DNA of 63,491 nucleotides, filler included, from Sphacelaria rigidula (lineage: Eukaryota): NCBI GenBank assembly GCA_964200075.2. It is 5 parts of 5 records of this genome, joined end to end, with 100 filler letters (N's around TTAATTAATTAA, not from the genome) between each part and the next. Parts side by side here need not be neighbours in the genome. Positions count along the whole stretch, not along the records: positions 1 to 12,621 come from CAXNAA020003562.1; positions 12,722 to 25,339 come from CAXNAA020003563.1; 3 more parts are not named here. The stretch is one strand, 5' to 3'. How positions within the stretch are numbered: the stretch's first letter is position 1; the number at the start of each line of letters is the position of its first letter. Both the position numbers and the translations under genes were made by a program. Shown piece by piece: positions 1 through 12,791 of this stretch. Below the pieces are notes generated by a model. It was not told the origin of the DNA and did not search any database. It worked only from the letters and a program-made list of their open reading frames with translations.

Positions 1-105
1 CGAGGGGCATTAGGTCGACAAAAACGTCAGTGGGCATCATCGCTGAAAGTGTGAGGAAAGCACTGTTTTAGGCTTGAACCTCATCTCAAAGTTAAATCTC
101 AATTC
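1..105. mobile_element. Truncated arm of a long-TIR MITE (same family as 48722-49132)
   Basis: cgaggggcattaggtcgacaaaaacgtca...gaacctcat aligns by eye with 49016-49116; cut by the contig start. Confidence 0.75.
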
Positions 106-387
106 GCACAATTTGTTGTTATAGGCTGAGATCAATCTTGATTATATTTTCTGACCGATTTTGTACTGCACCCTTAGATGTACGTCGATGTACCACGACG
201 CCATATCAAAATCAAAATCCCAGATGGCACTCCACCTATCGCTATGCGTCCGTACCGTACGAACTCCCTCTTAGCGGATGTGATCCGAGTAATTATCGAT
301 GGTTACATATCCGCCGGTTTGATTCGGCACTGATGAAATTATTGACTCCCTCAGCGGGGGTAATTTATTTTCGAACTTTGATATGCA

Positions 388-640
388 GTATGATGCGTGA
401 GAGTACCGCGTGCTTACAGCACCGCATCGGAGTTTGAACATCCCCATGGTCAGGGTCAGGGTCAGGGTCAGATTTAGGGTCAGGTTTATGGTTAGGGTTA
501 GTGTTAGGGTTAGGGTTGGGGTTAGGGTCAGGGGCGTGGTCCCTGCAGTGACTTGCCCGATTGGTTTTGAAAAGCGTCGATCCTGGGGCGTTTCGAAGTC
601 CGATGCGGTCCCCTCAGCACGCAGTCCTCTCACGCATTAC
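388..640 (+). mobile_element. MITE with internal telomere-like (TTAGGG/TCAGGG)n tract, copy 1
   Basis: Imperfect TIRs of about 40 bp (gta..atgcgtgagagtaccgcgtgct / agcacgcagtcctctcacgcattac); hexamer tract at about 449-533. Removing the element restores RT FDMQ-SGYHQL. Flanks are atgca/ataca. Confidence 0.85.
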
Positions 641-1013
641 ATACAGTCTGGCTACCATCAACTCGTGATGAATCCGAAATCCATTGAACTGACGGCGTTC
701 TGCACGCCATCAGGTTTGTACGAGTGACTGGTTACACCACAAGGTGCCGCCGGAGCCCCAGGGGCGATTTAACGTGTGATGTTCCGTGTAACTGATGGAT
801 TGCGCGAATGGCACATGTACCTTGATGATGCGGTGTGCCACGATTACACACCGGCCGAACATATCGAACAATTGGCATCATTCTTTGGTCGGTTTGAACA
901 GCACAACAACTTGAAACTCGCCCCCTCCAAATCTCGCATTGGAGCCACGAAGATTGAATTCCTGGGTCATTGCATCACCCCCGAAGGTCGTAGCCCGAAC
1001 CTCGAAAAGGGTT

Positions 1014-1206
1014 GTAGTGCGTGAGAGGACCGCGTGCTTAGAGGACCACGCCGTAGTTCGAAACACCTCAGGATCGACGCTTTTCAAAACCAATCGTGCC
1101 AGTCCTCGCAGGTACCACGCCCCTGACCATAAGCCTAACACTAACCCTAACGCTAACCCTAACCATAGGGATGTTCAAATTGCGATGCCGTCCTCTCACG
1201 CATTAC
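1014..1206 (-). mobile_element. MITE with telomere-like tract, copy 2 (opposite orientation)
   Basis: Same termini gtagtgcgtgagaggac...gtcctctcacgcattac; interior is the reverse complement of copy 1, with CCCTAA variants at about 1121-1165. Removal restores RT SPNLEK-VAALAGMP. Flanks are aagggtt/aaggtt. Confidence 0.85.
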
Positions 1207-1279
1207 AAGGTTGCCGCACTTGCCGGTATGCCCATGCCACGGGACATTTCTCAACTGCATTGCTTGCTGGGAGGTTTAA

Positions 1280-2959
1280 CCCTTTTGGAACCGTCAATGG
1301 AAAGCTGACGATTTACATTTGACTTTTTTTCGGGCAAGAAATGATTGTTTTTCTTCAGTCTTTGAGAAAGCTATTTGCCCAATACGCGTTGTTCAGACCC
1401 GTGCGAATGGAATGTGGAAGAAAGAAAGAGTATCTATTCCATGGGTATGAAGAATTGTTCGACCCGTCGGTGTTTTCTGACCCCGGCCAGAGTGCATGGC
1501 TGATCTTTCGTGAAGCAATCTTCACGCTGCACCTGCAGGAGATGTTTCGTACCGCATCATGGCAAGCCTGCGCTTAAGTTGCAATAACAAAGGCGACGCC
1601 GGCGGCACGTTCATCTCAGTTATGCCCCCGTCTACTGTTTGTATTCGGAGACTGTCACCGTCAGGCCCTGTGGGGATGTGTTCACCTACTCCTCTATACT
1701 GCGTGTGATCATAATATTTTCAGCTTATTTCCAGTGCAAAACCACATCATGCACGTTACTATACTCCGTCGTCCGCGTTTACACGGCACCACACTGCGCT
1801 TTGATCATTCCATAACGCCAACGAGGATGTCATGTACCCCGCCGTTATACATACTACTGGTGCAGCGCGGACGGGGGCCGTTACTTTGCATGTCCGACAC
1901 ATGCAGTCCGGCATATATCATTTTGGAGCTTGTGCTGTACGCTTCCACGACACCGCCTCTATTTTGCGGGTTGATCATGCCTGAACGTTGTACAGCCTCC
2001 TCTTTTTTTGCTCGTGGGTGGCGTTGGGACTTCATGCATTGATATGACACACATTCTCCCTTCTTGCATGGAACACCTCAACATCGTTATTCAGTTATAC
2101 TGGACTGTAATGAAGCGTGAAGTGTGTTTACTGACTGTAGTCATTGTTGGGTTAGGCTGGCTGCGGAAGGCTGTCGCGGTCGGTTGTCGACCGTTTGCCA
2201 GTATGTCGCCTGTCTGGACGCTGGCAATCAAGTCCGCCTGATGTTTTCCACATAATCCTGTGTGCCTTGCATTGATTTCTCTTGCTGCGGTTACTTCGCT
2301 GACGTTCGGTAAGCGAGCGGCGGTGGGACGGTGTGCGCCGGGTGGGATGGGCTGCGCCAAACCGTTATTGGAGCTTTTTCAGCGAAAAGCCTGGCAGCGT
2401 CCTGGCCGTACTTCTGAACGTGAATTGCTTATGGGTCGCTCTTAAGCGCTTCCACATGTGACGACGGGATTTTCACTTGCTTTGCCATATCATTGTCACC
2501 GTATAGTGTGGCTTCCTACGCTCGCCAACCCTCAAGACTTGATGATGCAGTCCACCAAAACGGTGCAATACTCTAATTTCAAGTAACTAGTGCGTGCGCC
2601 GCTCTAGATTCAAGTATGATAATGTGACATACTCGTCCACCGAACTCGAATTGAGGAATTTCACAGATTTATTGACAAAAATCACATACATAGGAATTTG
2701 TACCATTGCAAGAGTTTTGTCGATGCATACAATTGAACACACTTCGCCCGTCGCGTGGTATCATTGAACAAAACTAAGCCGACCGCTCCGGGGTTTCATT
2801 TTCGGTACATCCATGACGTATACATATGGAGTCTTGTTTGGCCTTCCACAGTAAATATGGTCGTCGTCGGTCTTTTCTGTTTCCATTTTTTCTTCTTTGT
2901 CAGGGCTTCTCATAATGAGGCGTCTGGCCCGGGGACGGGAGGGGAGGGTTCCAAAAGGG
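1280..2959. mobile_element. Non-autonomous piggyBac-like DNA transposon
   Basis: Perfect 13-bp TIRs CCCTTTTGGAACC/GGTTCCAAAAGGG, flanked by TTAA (1276-1279) and TCAA (2960-2963). It interrupts pol at LLGGL|SY. No transposase recognised inside. Confidence 0.85.
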
Positions 2960-4577
2960 TCAAGCTACTGTACTTGCCAAACCTTGCCCAAACGCTCAGA
3001 CCCCTCACTACCCTCCTCATAAAAGGAGTGGAATTCGTCTTTACATCGGAAAAGGAAAAAACCGTCCGCCGTCTGCTTGACACCCTTTCGCGCACCCCCG
3101 ATTCTCGTCTTACCCGACGACTGGTCGGCCGCGGAACATGGTTGACGCCCTTTCCAATTTCACACAGATTCTTCCAAAATTGGGTTCGGCTGCACTTTAG
3201 AACAGGAGCAAGACGATGCTACTGTTCGTCTCATTGCATATTTGAGTCGAACGACTTTTCCAAATGAACATAATTGGTCTTTCATGGAACAAGAGACCGG
3301 CGCAGTTGTTCGGGGCGCGCGACGTCTGCGTCAGTATTTGTATGACATCCCGTTTGTGATTTATACGGATCATAAGTCTTTAGAAAGCCTTACCAAAATG
3401 GCGGAACACAACGCTAGGGTACAACACTGGTTCGGAATCCTGTCGTATTATCATTTCCAGTTGAACTATTGCACAGTACCGCAAAATGCAAACGCCAACT
3501 AAATGTCACGCTTGCCCATACCGGCTGAAACTATCGATGAATCTCCCATGGGACGTATCACCTACCCCACCGAAGGCATTGTATATATTCATCAGCAAGA
3601 ATGACCATAGAGATCTCTACACAACACTTTCTCTGAGAAACACGCCAGCTTTAGGCATGGGTGGGCTGACGACCACAGCCCACGCATCGGTGCTGGGCAG
3701 TTTACAACCTCAACCGTTGTACTCAGTTTGGGGTGGACTCCCTACGAATACTGTCGGCTATGATCATTTTCGTGCGACTGGCCAATGCACGGTTTTTATC
3801 AGCAGGTATAGAACCGTCCGGTACTGACTCTGTTCTACCAGTTCAAGTTCGAGATCTGATTTCGAGTAGAACTCGTGAACGGCGGACCGCCGACACGGCC
3901 ACCAAATGAGCCGTAATTGGTCCTGACCTTCCCCTCCCTGCCCGCACCTCGATCCCCGATAACTTCCTCGCGCCCCCCCCACTCCACGGCGCAAGGCCCT
4001 CAGAAAATCGACCCCCACCGCGGCTCCCTTGCCAACCATAGTCGAAACCACGGCTGTGCCCCCCTCTTTTGGAGATGGTGTTCACAACACCACCACACCA
4101 CCACACCACCCACCACGCTAATCGACGCAGGAGTAGACGTAAACGTTCCGCCTGAGAACACACTACCTGGTAGGCTCACCCTTGATTTTGATATCACCGC
4201 TTCGTGTCACCTCCACCTTGACCCGACCAAACGCGAAGTGCACGCTTCAACAGATGGCGTGTTCAGAGAACGTTTGACTCTCTTCTCCCACGCCGATTGG
4301 GTCCGGAAACAACAAGCAGAACCTGCTTGTAAATCGGTTGTCCATTATCTATCCAAAGGTTGCTCATATTTATTCTCAGAAATCGAATTCCCTATGCCCG
4401 TCGAGAACCACAAAGCTCCCACACCGGATGAGGATACTGAACTTTCTCGGAATGGTATGCTACATACGAATGATGGTGGTGTAGTTCTTTTATTTCGCCG
4501 GTCCACAGCGGCCCTCCCCAGGGGGAAAGCTACAAGTCGACATGCCCGCTCCCCACGAGCTGGGCGAGCTTAAAAGC

Positions 4578-4724
4578 GGCCAAACGCTGTCCACTATACG
4601 ACTTTCCCAGTTTTCCGACTGAATCCGATGTAAGCATATCACTGTGAAGTGCAGGCCAACCTGGTAACACACGGCACCGCCGCTGAATGATGAAGAAAAA
4701 ACTTCTGCGTAATATACGACCTTC
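4578..4724 (-). repeat. Dispersed repeat fragment inserted in the integrase N-terminal region
   Basis: Reverse complement matches about 58048-58200 (cagcggtgccgtgtgttaccaggttggtctgcacttcac); the integrase HHCC zinc finger is missing at this position. Confidence 0.75.
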
Positions 4725-7700
4725 ACGTCAAACTGTTCGTTGGCCGATCGTTTCCATGCCACTCCCAGACGGGACTGGTGAAGTAGTTTCGTGGGACCAT
4801 TTTAGCCCATTGCCCCTGACGGAGAGTGGTAATAAGTATATTTTGTTGGGTACAGATAGATCTAGTCGACATGCGGTGTTGCACGCTGTCCCTGCCGGTA
4901 GCTATAGCGCAGAAGGTACCACCAACGTTCTTGAATACACCTACATCCCACAGTGGGGGTGTGCTCAAACGATTACTGTCCGATATCGGCCCGCATTTTT
5001 CAGGCAAACGTTCGGCAGTAGTTTGTGAGCTATTGGGTGCCCATCACAGTTTTACTGGTTCGTATCACCATTCCACCAACGGTGGAATGGAACGAGTGAA
5101 CCATACGATGGCACGAATACTTGCTGCCGTGGCGAATGAACGACAGATGGACAGGCATCTGCATCTGCCTCTTGTCCAAATGAGCTATAACAATTCGGTC
5201 AATGCCTCTACGGGATTGACGCCGAATGAAACTCATATCGGTCGTATGCCCAGGTTGCCTTTGACGGTGTTCGAACGCAAAAATATCGGCGGACACTAGG
5301 GCCTGGATCGTGATAGTGTGCAGTACCATTTGTCGGTTAGCCATCGTCTTCGCCTTGCATATGAAGTGGTACGAAACAGAACCAAATCAATTTGGCCAAG
5401 ATGGCCAGGGCGAACTCCATGTTGGATGATGTGGTACATAACCGCCCGGTGCGGAAGGTTGGCCGATGGGAGGGGGGGGTGGCCAATGGGCATGGGTGGA
5501 TAACGATGTGAAGACCATCAATCAAGGGACTAGCTCAAAGACATTTTCTTTGGACAAAGTGGTGAAAACGAGACTCTCCTTGAACTTAACCGGTCCTTGG
5601 GAAATTTGGCTGTTGGTCCAAGCTCTACCGCACCCGACGAAAGTCCTGTGGGAGCGAAACTTCTGTATTAATATTTTCGCAAGAATGAATCTGGCGTGAA
5701 ACCGAAAAACCGCGTCTCGATGCTGCGTTGCAAACCGTGTATTCCTCTCCACGACTTCTCTGACATGCCCAAACAACTGCCATTGGGGCTTAGTCAGTAT
5801 GTGTTGACCAAGTGTGCGAAAAAAGCTCCGCCGTATTATATGACGGTCGAGGATTCTGACGTGTTACAGATCTATTGGTCATTTTCCAGTCGATCAGGTT
5901 CCATGTGTCATACTTTGTCATGCTTGGTACCCGATGGGTCATTGGGTCATACTACATTGTGTGATAGAATTGAGCTGTCTGCCCTTATGTGTTACAACGT
6001 TTTGGACTAGCATCTCAACTAGCCAAGCAGAAGTTAGCCTGTTCGCTGATTATACAAGAGCATCTACGCTATCATGGGCTGCGGTATCGTAGGGATCTCT
6101 GGTCTTTTCACAATGTAAGCCTGACCTCCATGCAACATGTGTTGTTCTGGCGTCTGAGCGGCTCACGGGTATACCGCCCGACGCCGCGAACGTGGATTGA
6201 CTCCGCACTTGGTAGAGTCGAACTCGACGGGTCGATACTCTTGATTGTGTTTGGGCGCGACGGTCCAGGTGCCCACGAATTGGCACCTTACACCCCCAGA
6301 CGGTAAGTATCGAACCGTGACATGGTGTCCAATGCGTGCTTGTGTAGAGACAACCCCGGTATGCTCCTAACACAAACATTTGGAGGGGAGGTTTTTCTGG
6401 CGTGTGAATCTGGTCCGATAAAATGTTACTTCTTTTATATAGAGTGAGTTGTGTGCCTGTCCATAATTTACCGTTCCCACCGCATATCTTACCTGCAATA
6501 CCACTTCATTTAGTACAGTATGAAGTAGACAGTGCTTTTGAAGTTCACGACTGGGTGTTACTGATATGTTTGGAGAGCACGTACAGTGTACTATGATGGT
6601 GTGCTCTTGGCTCTTCGTACGCTTTTGCTCTTTTGCACTTTACCATACGTACGTTGAGCATAAAAGTTGAGCATGGGCTATGTAGTTTGGTTTTGTTCTG
6701 TGGTGCCCTGTGTTCCTCCCTGGTTCTGCTCTTCGCTCCGTATTCCCGCCCGCTGCATAATGATACTCATTCACGGGTGACCAGCACCAGTGGCTTTTAC
6801 ATCAACAGTGTCGCGCCCTACGATATGATGCAGGTAGCCAGACGTTCAAAGCACAATGACCGAAGCCGATATAAAATTGAATGAATGGCAAACGGTCGTA
6901 CGAGCACATCCGAACTAGCCCACCGGAACACGCTACAACTCGGCGAGATCCCGTATTTTTGAACATCCTACAATACTCCAGGCTGCATAATAGACTGCCA
7001 CACTTCAGGGCATCTCGGAGCTGCCGAGCCACTGCCGTTTTGCGGGTGTCCCATTGCCCTCTGTTCTTGTTGTTCGTGCTGCCGTACCGCCGTGGCGCTG
7101 TTGTTTGTTGGTGCCATGCCGGTGTTGCGTTGCCTGTATTGCTGTGCTTCCGCTGCTGCTGTTTCCCCTGCGCTTTCCGTTACCCTGTTTTGTGGTTGCT
7201 GTCCCGCTTGAGGTGTTGTAGTTTTTGCGTTCACCGCCTACGGTTGGTTGTAATATATTGCTTTCTATCGCCCTGCATGTCGGAATGCAAGCGTGGTTTC
7301 ACGCTCAAATCCCCAGTGTGCATTTTGTACCGTGCTCCTGTTTGACCACACGGGTTTTTGTTCGCGAATGATTGTCATCATCGCACGTGCCCCAACTGTC
7401 ACGACTGAGGCTTCCACGTGACTGTTCCCCTCAAATGCACGTCCGCATGGTGATGAGACGATGTTTGCCATTTTGCCGACTTACACACCAAAGTGACTTC
7501 GCCTGCATCGCGTCACCTTCATCTCACCTGTTACTCGTTGTTGCTTTTTGGTTGTTTGGGAGTTCGGGAGTTTGTTTTGAGTCCGCTGTTGTCCGTACTA
7601 TTTATTATTAGGGCTATTACGGTTTGATTCGGCCGTACTCTTTACTGCCGGCCCTCCTGGACCGACCATTTTGTGCAACAAGCGTTGCAAGGGCGGATCA

Positions 7701-8261
7701 AATAGAAATGCTGTTCCAGACAGCTGCTGGGGCTATGCAGTTGTTTCGCTGTTTGTACTTCGCTATCGCATTGGTGTGCCGTTGCTATTCGTTTTTGTTG
7801 GGCTTTAGCCCTGCGGCTTCGCTGTCGTTCGTGGCTGCCGCGCTACCGCCGTTTTGCTGGTGTCCTTTTGCTGTCTATTGTTGCTGTTGATGATGTTGGC
7901 GCCTGCTGCTGCTGTGTTACCGTCGAATGTACTTTTATTTCTTGCCATCGCATCGCATGTTGTCATATGCACACTTATTTTCCGCCCATAGCTTCCCATC
8001 ATTTTGTACCTTGCTCTGATTTGAACGCACGGTTTTTGTCATTATCGCCTGCACTGTATCACCTTCGCCTGACCTACACCGTCCACTCATAATACCACCG
8101 CTGTACCTAACCGGCAATGATCGAGTTCCAGGCATTTTCCATTTTCTTTCGGTGTTTCTGTTTTTCTCATCGTACATACTCACATTTTCTGCATCCCCGA
8201 GTGTTGGGTTTACCGTAACTGTTTTTTGAGCCACCCGATTGTATTCTGAGTGTTTCATAAT

Positions 8262-8425
8262 TTTGCGCCGCCGTCGTCTTGCTCTGTAGAGCTGCACTAT
8301 TTTTTATTTCATGCTCTGGATATCTTATATTTTATTTTGATTGTCTTATCATTTACGCCGCCGTCGTCTTGCTCTGTAGAGCCGCACTGTTTTTCATTTC
8401 ATGTTCTGGTAATTTTGTATTTTTT
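8262..8425. repeat. Tandem duplication, about 90-bp unit x2
   Basis: cgccgccgtcgtcttgctctgtagagc occurs at about 8266 and 8356. Confidence 0.8.
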
Positions 8426-8773
8426 TTGGCGCTTGTGATATTAATCTTTTGACCCTGCGGTTGTAGGCTGTCCACAGGGCCCTGTCTGTTGCTCTGCCTG
8501 TACTCATCACGCTTGAGCAGGATTTCGCTTCTAATCGTTTCATTTATCTGGTTCGCAACGCCGAAATGCCGAATTTTCCACCCGGCGCAGGACATTTCGA
8601 TCTGCGTCACGTGGTATGAAACCGACCCATATTTTCATGTACCCCCAAGCCTTCCAACGTGAACCAACCATGCCCTCTATTACTTCCGCCCTTGTTTCAC
8701 CTACACTCTTTTTCTGGGTGTCGCATCCCGATGAGGGAACCGGCGCTGAACGTGATTGCGTTGAGGACACGCA

Positions 8774-8856
8774 GGAAACACTGAACGGTTTGCCAATGAC
8801 GGAAACACTGAACGGTTTGCCACTGGCGGAAACACTGAACGGTTTGGCACTGACGG
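8774..8856. repeat. 27-bp minisatellite x3
   Basis: ggaaacactgaacggtttgccaatgac-like unit at 8774, 8801 and 8828. Confidence 0.9.
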
Positions 8857-8913
8857 TATGTTCCCGCGTGAAGTGTCCGCAACTTGGTTTGGTTTAGCTA
8901 ACCCCGGGTACCA

Positions 8914-9098
8914 TTTTATAGCATTCTGGTAGCAGGATTATTGCCTTGGTGTCACTAAACATGATCCCCATGTTATCCCACACTAGTAATCGATTGTATG
9001 GTTTGCTTTTTATAGCATTCTGGTAGCAGGATATTACCTTGGTGTCACTGAACATGATTCCCATTTTATCCCACACTAGTAATCGATTGTGTGGTTTG
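8914..9098. repeat. Tandem duplication, about 94-bp unit x2
   Basis: ttttatagcattctggtagcaggat...cccacactagtaatcgattgt at 8914 and 9008. Confidence 0.9.
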
Positions 9099-10584
9099 AT
9101 ATTCACCAGGTTGGTTTCTTGACGCACCCTATACCGTAAGTGGATACTACCTTGTTCCTTCCCGGCACCGTAGTAGGATGCTACTTTGTTCCGTTGCTTT
9201 TAACATGGTTTTCGATATCATGCAGCCACTCACCTTCGCGTGCATTGCCTTGACATTACTTCTTCAGAACGCAGACTGACGTAGTTTCTCTATTTTGCCT
9301 TTTTGCCCTTCATGCTCAGTGTATCATGCAAGTTGACTGCGATACTATGTATCTTGTCTTTGACGGTTCTTACAGGCCCTACATATAGTTTTTAGACACT
9401 TATTTCGCTGATGTGGTCGCTGAATCCCACTAGGGGGGCGAAAAACGAGTTCAAACTGTCTTGTTGGTTGTTGTACAGCGTGCACACCCGTTGCCACGAA
9501 ACAACGCTGTCTCCTACCATAAGAACGCCGCATGATCAGAGAATAAATTCACAAGCTCCTTGACCGAGACGTTGCTCACCCAACGTTTGTCGACTACACG
9601 ATTTTAGTTTCGGTAAATTTCGCCAAATGCATCTTTTCTGCGGGGTCTCACAAGTTCCTTAGTCTGTTGATCGATAATACCGGCATACAACCAGTCCCCC
9701 CCGAATGCAACGCAATTGCTCAGATGTCACGTCCACACGCAGTCGAAGACTCACCGGGTACGTTTGACAATTTGTTCACAAGCGTAGCATTCTAGTCGCC
9801 CCGCTGACCGATATTCTTAACAAGTAGGAAAGCCAACAATATTGCTACACGATGTAGGTAAACGCGCGCTATCTTTTTGCTGCCCAAAGTATGTGCCGTA
9901 CAACTACAGCAAGACTTCACTACCACAACCTGGTCGTCTCGTAATGGCTCAGCTAGGATGTGGCATACGAACTAGAGACTCGCCTAACAACTATCAATGT
10001 ACAACTCATGCGTGTGCGGTCATATTTCTCGTCATTTCTGTGCTTTGTCTCCGTATATTTAGTACATCATATCTCATTATCATATTTTGTTCAGCATGCC
10101 TTGTTTATTTTATTTTCTCCATGATTATATTTACAGTTGTATAGTATTCGAGGAATTGGGGGGCTGCAATGGTTACATACTTGTACAAATCTTGGCCTCA
10201 GACAGAGTATGTTTCACGCACACTCTTGGGCAATCGCATCCTACCCGACGACCCGACACCATGCTACCGTCTGACACGTTTCCCTTCGGGCTCTGGATTG
10301 GCCATGAACATTACACACGCACCACAGCTATCTCGAAAGTAAGAAGTTCCTTCCATATCCGCCCACCCCATCTGAGACGCTTCATGCCTGGAGTGTGTGC
10401 GTCCCATTTTGGGGGGGACCAAACTTGAGCGCTAACCCATATTCCACCTGACCCCTGAGTTTGTCCCGCGTTGGATTGCATTGCCTGAATTTGTCACCAT
10501 GTTAGATTGTCGAGAACTCTACGTTGTTTTAGGCACTGACGGGTGGAGGAAAGAGGAAGATTTCAAAGGGGGGGGGCGTACTCA

Positions 10585-10990
10585 TTTGTTTCCAGCATCC
10601 AAGCAATTTCCTTGGCTGCTGTCATCTGTACTGTTTCCAACTCCTTCACCAACTTCACTGCATCCAAGTATTCTCTGAGCTGTTGCCATCTGTACTGCTT
10701 CCAACTTCTTCACTAACTCTACTACATCCAAGTATTCTTTCAGCTGCTGCCATCTGCACTGTTCCCGCATCAAAGCATTCTCTTAGCTGCTGCCAGCTGT
10801 ACTGTTTTCAATTCCTTTTTATCAACTTCACCCCTTACTTTGCTGTTTCTAATGGAAATATCAGGTCATCAATATATACCTCGAGTGCAGCGGGTGATAA
10901 CGTACATCCTGATGTAACTCCTTGTAAAATATTAAAATATTTACATATTTCCCCGTCTAGCATCATCGCGCTTTGTTGCAAAAATCGAGA
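10585..10990 (-). mobile_element. LINE ORF2 (RT) fragment with a tandemly amplified segment
   Basis: The minus strand reads AMMLDGEICKYFNILQGVTSGCTLSPAALEVYIDDLI (the non-LTR RT QG..SP motif), joined to about 4 degenerate copies of an LVKKLETVQMTAAKKILGC-like segment. Confidence 0.75.
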
Positions 10991-11576
10991 CGATGCAGTC
11001 TATATTCATTGTGTTTGAATGAAGTCGTTGCAACAAAAGATAGCGGTACAATCTATCACGGTTCAACGAAATAACGAACCATGTAAGCCCGTTTCATTAG
11101 TTGTTTTTTCACGGAGGGTACCTATTATGTGTCAGTGAAAGATACTCTAGCAGAGTATTTAGACCACGTAAAAGCTGAAAAATATCTCATATGCAAGCTT
11201 GCAGCTGATCCGGGCTAGAGAACTGGCAAAGCTACCGCGTCAGAACTACTAGCGAGGTTGAATTTAATGATACGACTAGACCTTACGTACGTGCAGAGTG
11301 TTAGACTCTTCTTCCAGGACTGAGCAGGTTTGTAATCGGTGGTTCCTATCGCCTATGCAACCACTCTCCCAAGCTTACCAAGCTTACCCAGCTCTTCTTC
11401 ATTTCCTCAGCTCTCTGCATGCAAAAGAGGCTGCTTGATTTTGTTCGACCGCAGTGAAGAGCCCCGAACACCATTTTTGTCTTTGGATTTTCTGTCTGCT
11501 GCAGAAGCAAGTGGTTTGACTACCACTGTGCAACCTCTGCTATACTACTGTCTCTGCGACGGTAGTCGGTCTGTTT

Positions 11577-12621
11577 CACACCCTGGACAATACAATATGT
11601 AATATATATTGCCCGCTCAACATATCGAGGCGTCGGGTGGTCAATGTATATCGGGCGAGCAATATGATGACACGAGAGAGGGTCAATATATATTGTGCCA
11701 TCAATATAGCAAGGCTCGCGACATGCAATATATATATCGACCGAACAACATATCACGACACGTGCCACCTCAATATATATTTGCCGAGTAATATCTTGGT
11801 GCGAGAAGGCCCCACTATATATTTATCGAGTGATATATTTTCTGCCACCCGAGGTCAATATATATTGACGATTCAATATACTCGACACCCGAAGTGCCAA
11901 TATATATTGGGTGGACAATACACGAGGGAACCAACGGTCACAATACATGTTGATGTAGCAAAATATATTGATTTTGAACATATAGATTGGAACGTGTATT
12001 CGAATCAGTATTGTGGGCAGTTCTTTGTTCGTGGGCGCCATTCAAAGGCGTACTTTACATGCCGAAAATGATTAATGTATTCCTCCGCAAGCATGTTCAA
12101 TATATATTGGCTGCACAATAGCTATCCGATCAGCGTGCGCAACATATATTGGAAAAACAATACTTCTGCATGGTTTGCGTTCAAAATATATTATGGTAAC
12201 AATATGCTACGCATCGCCTCGACTCAATATATATTGACACTTCATTATATACACGGCTGGCATGCACAATATATATATATTGACATACATTACTTCATGA
12301 TCCTGACACGAGCGATATATGTTGTTGCTTCAATATCTCCGAGTACATTTCAACACAACATAATATATTGAAAAGACGATATTTGCGCTGGATCCAATAC
12401 AAAGTATTGGTATCATATTGGAACATACTATGTTGTCCAGGGTATACGCAACACAGCCCCGGTGACCACAGGGGTACCAAAAGGCACATATCGTCCCGCG
12501 TTTTCTGTCGTCGTGATGTTTAGCCAAGATATTTATATTACATGCTGGAAAGGGGATGGGCGGCCCCGCACCGGTGACCAGATAGGTATCAGGAGGCATA
12601 TATACCGGGTCGCCTCTTCTG
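11577..12621 (+). mobile_element. Arm A of a CACACCCTGG-terminated DNA transposon
   Basis: Starts CACACCCTGGACAATACAATATG and contains many CAATATATATTG-type palindromes. Homologous to 25623-26585 (+) and 27130-28275 (-). Cut by the contig end. Confidence 0.75.
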
Positions 12622-12721
12622 NNNNNNNNNNNNNNNNNNNNNNNNNNNNNNNNNNNNNNNNNNNNTTAATTAATTAANNNNNNNNNNNNNNNNNNNNNNN
12701 NNNNNNNNNNNNNNNNNNNNN
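12622..12721. other. Artificial contig linker
   Basis: N44-TTAATTAATTAA-N44; the spacer has stops in all six frames. Confidence 0.97.
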
Positions 12722-12791
12722 ACTGATTGACCGCTTTTCACTCTCAATCGTATCATCTACTCTCAATCTCACGAAAACACTGTTGTAAGCA
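12722..12791 (+). repeat. Dispersed repeat D fragment
   Basis: actgattgaccgcttttcactctcaatcg...ctcacgaaaaca matches about 63003-63077. Confidence 0.75.

Larger units (their letters stand above)
160..5870 (+). mobile_element. Degenerate Ty3/Gypsy pol (RT, RNase H, integrase) with nested insertions
   Basis: Motifs in order: RT (IAMRPYR, FDMQSGYHQL, TAFCTPSGLYE, MYLDDAV, IEFLGHCI), RNase H (LRPLTTLL, YTDHKSL), integrase (PLPLTESGNKYILLGTDRSSR, LLSDIGPHF, TNGGMERVNHT, SYNNSVNASTGLTP). RT-RH-IN order is Gypsy-type. Many stops and frameshifts. Confidence 0.9.

Noticed and set aside
449..533. True telomere
   Set aside because: The tract is short, degenerate, internal and enclosed by MITE TIRs.
11130..11576. 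Solo LTR
   Set aside because: It starts with TGTCA and looks LTR-like, but has no partner, end or TSD to support the call.
11577..12621. CRISPR-like repeat-spacer array
   Set aside because: The motifs are short and variable with irregular spacing, the whole block recurs as a dispersed transposon arm, and there are no cas genes.
12666..12677. TTAATTAATTAA as a biological motif
   Set aside because: It is an artificial linker, identical at all four gaps.
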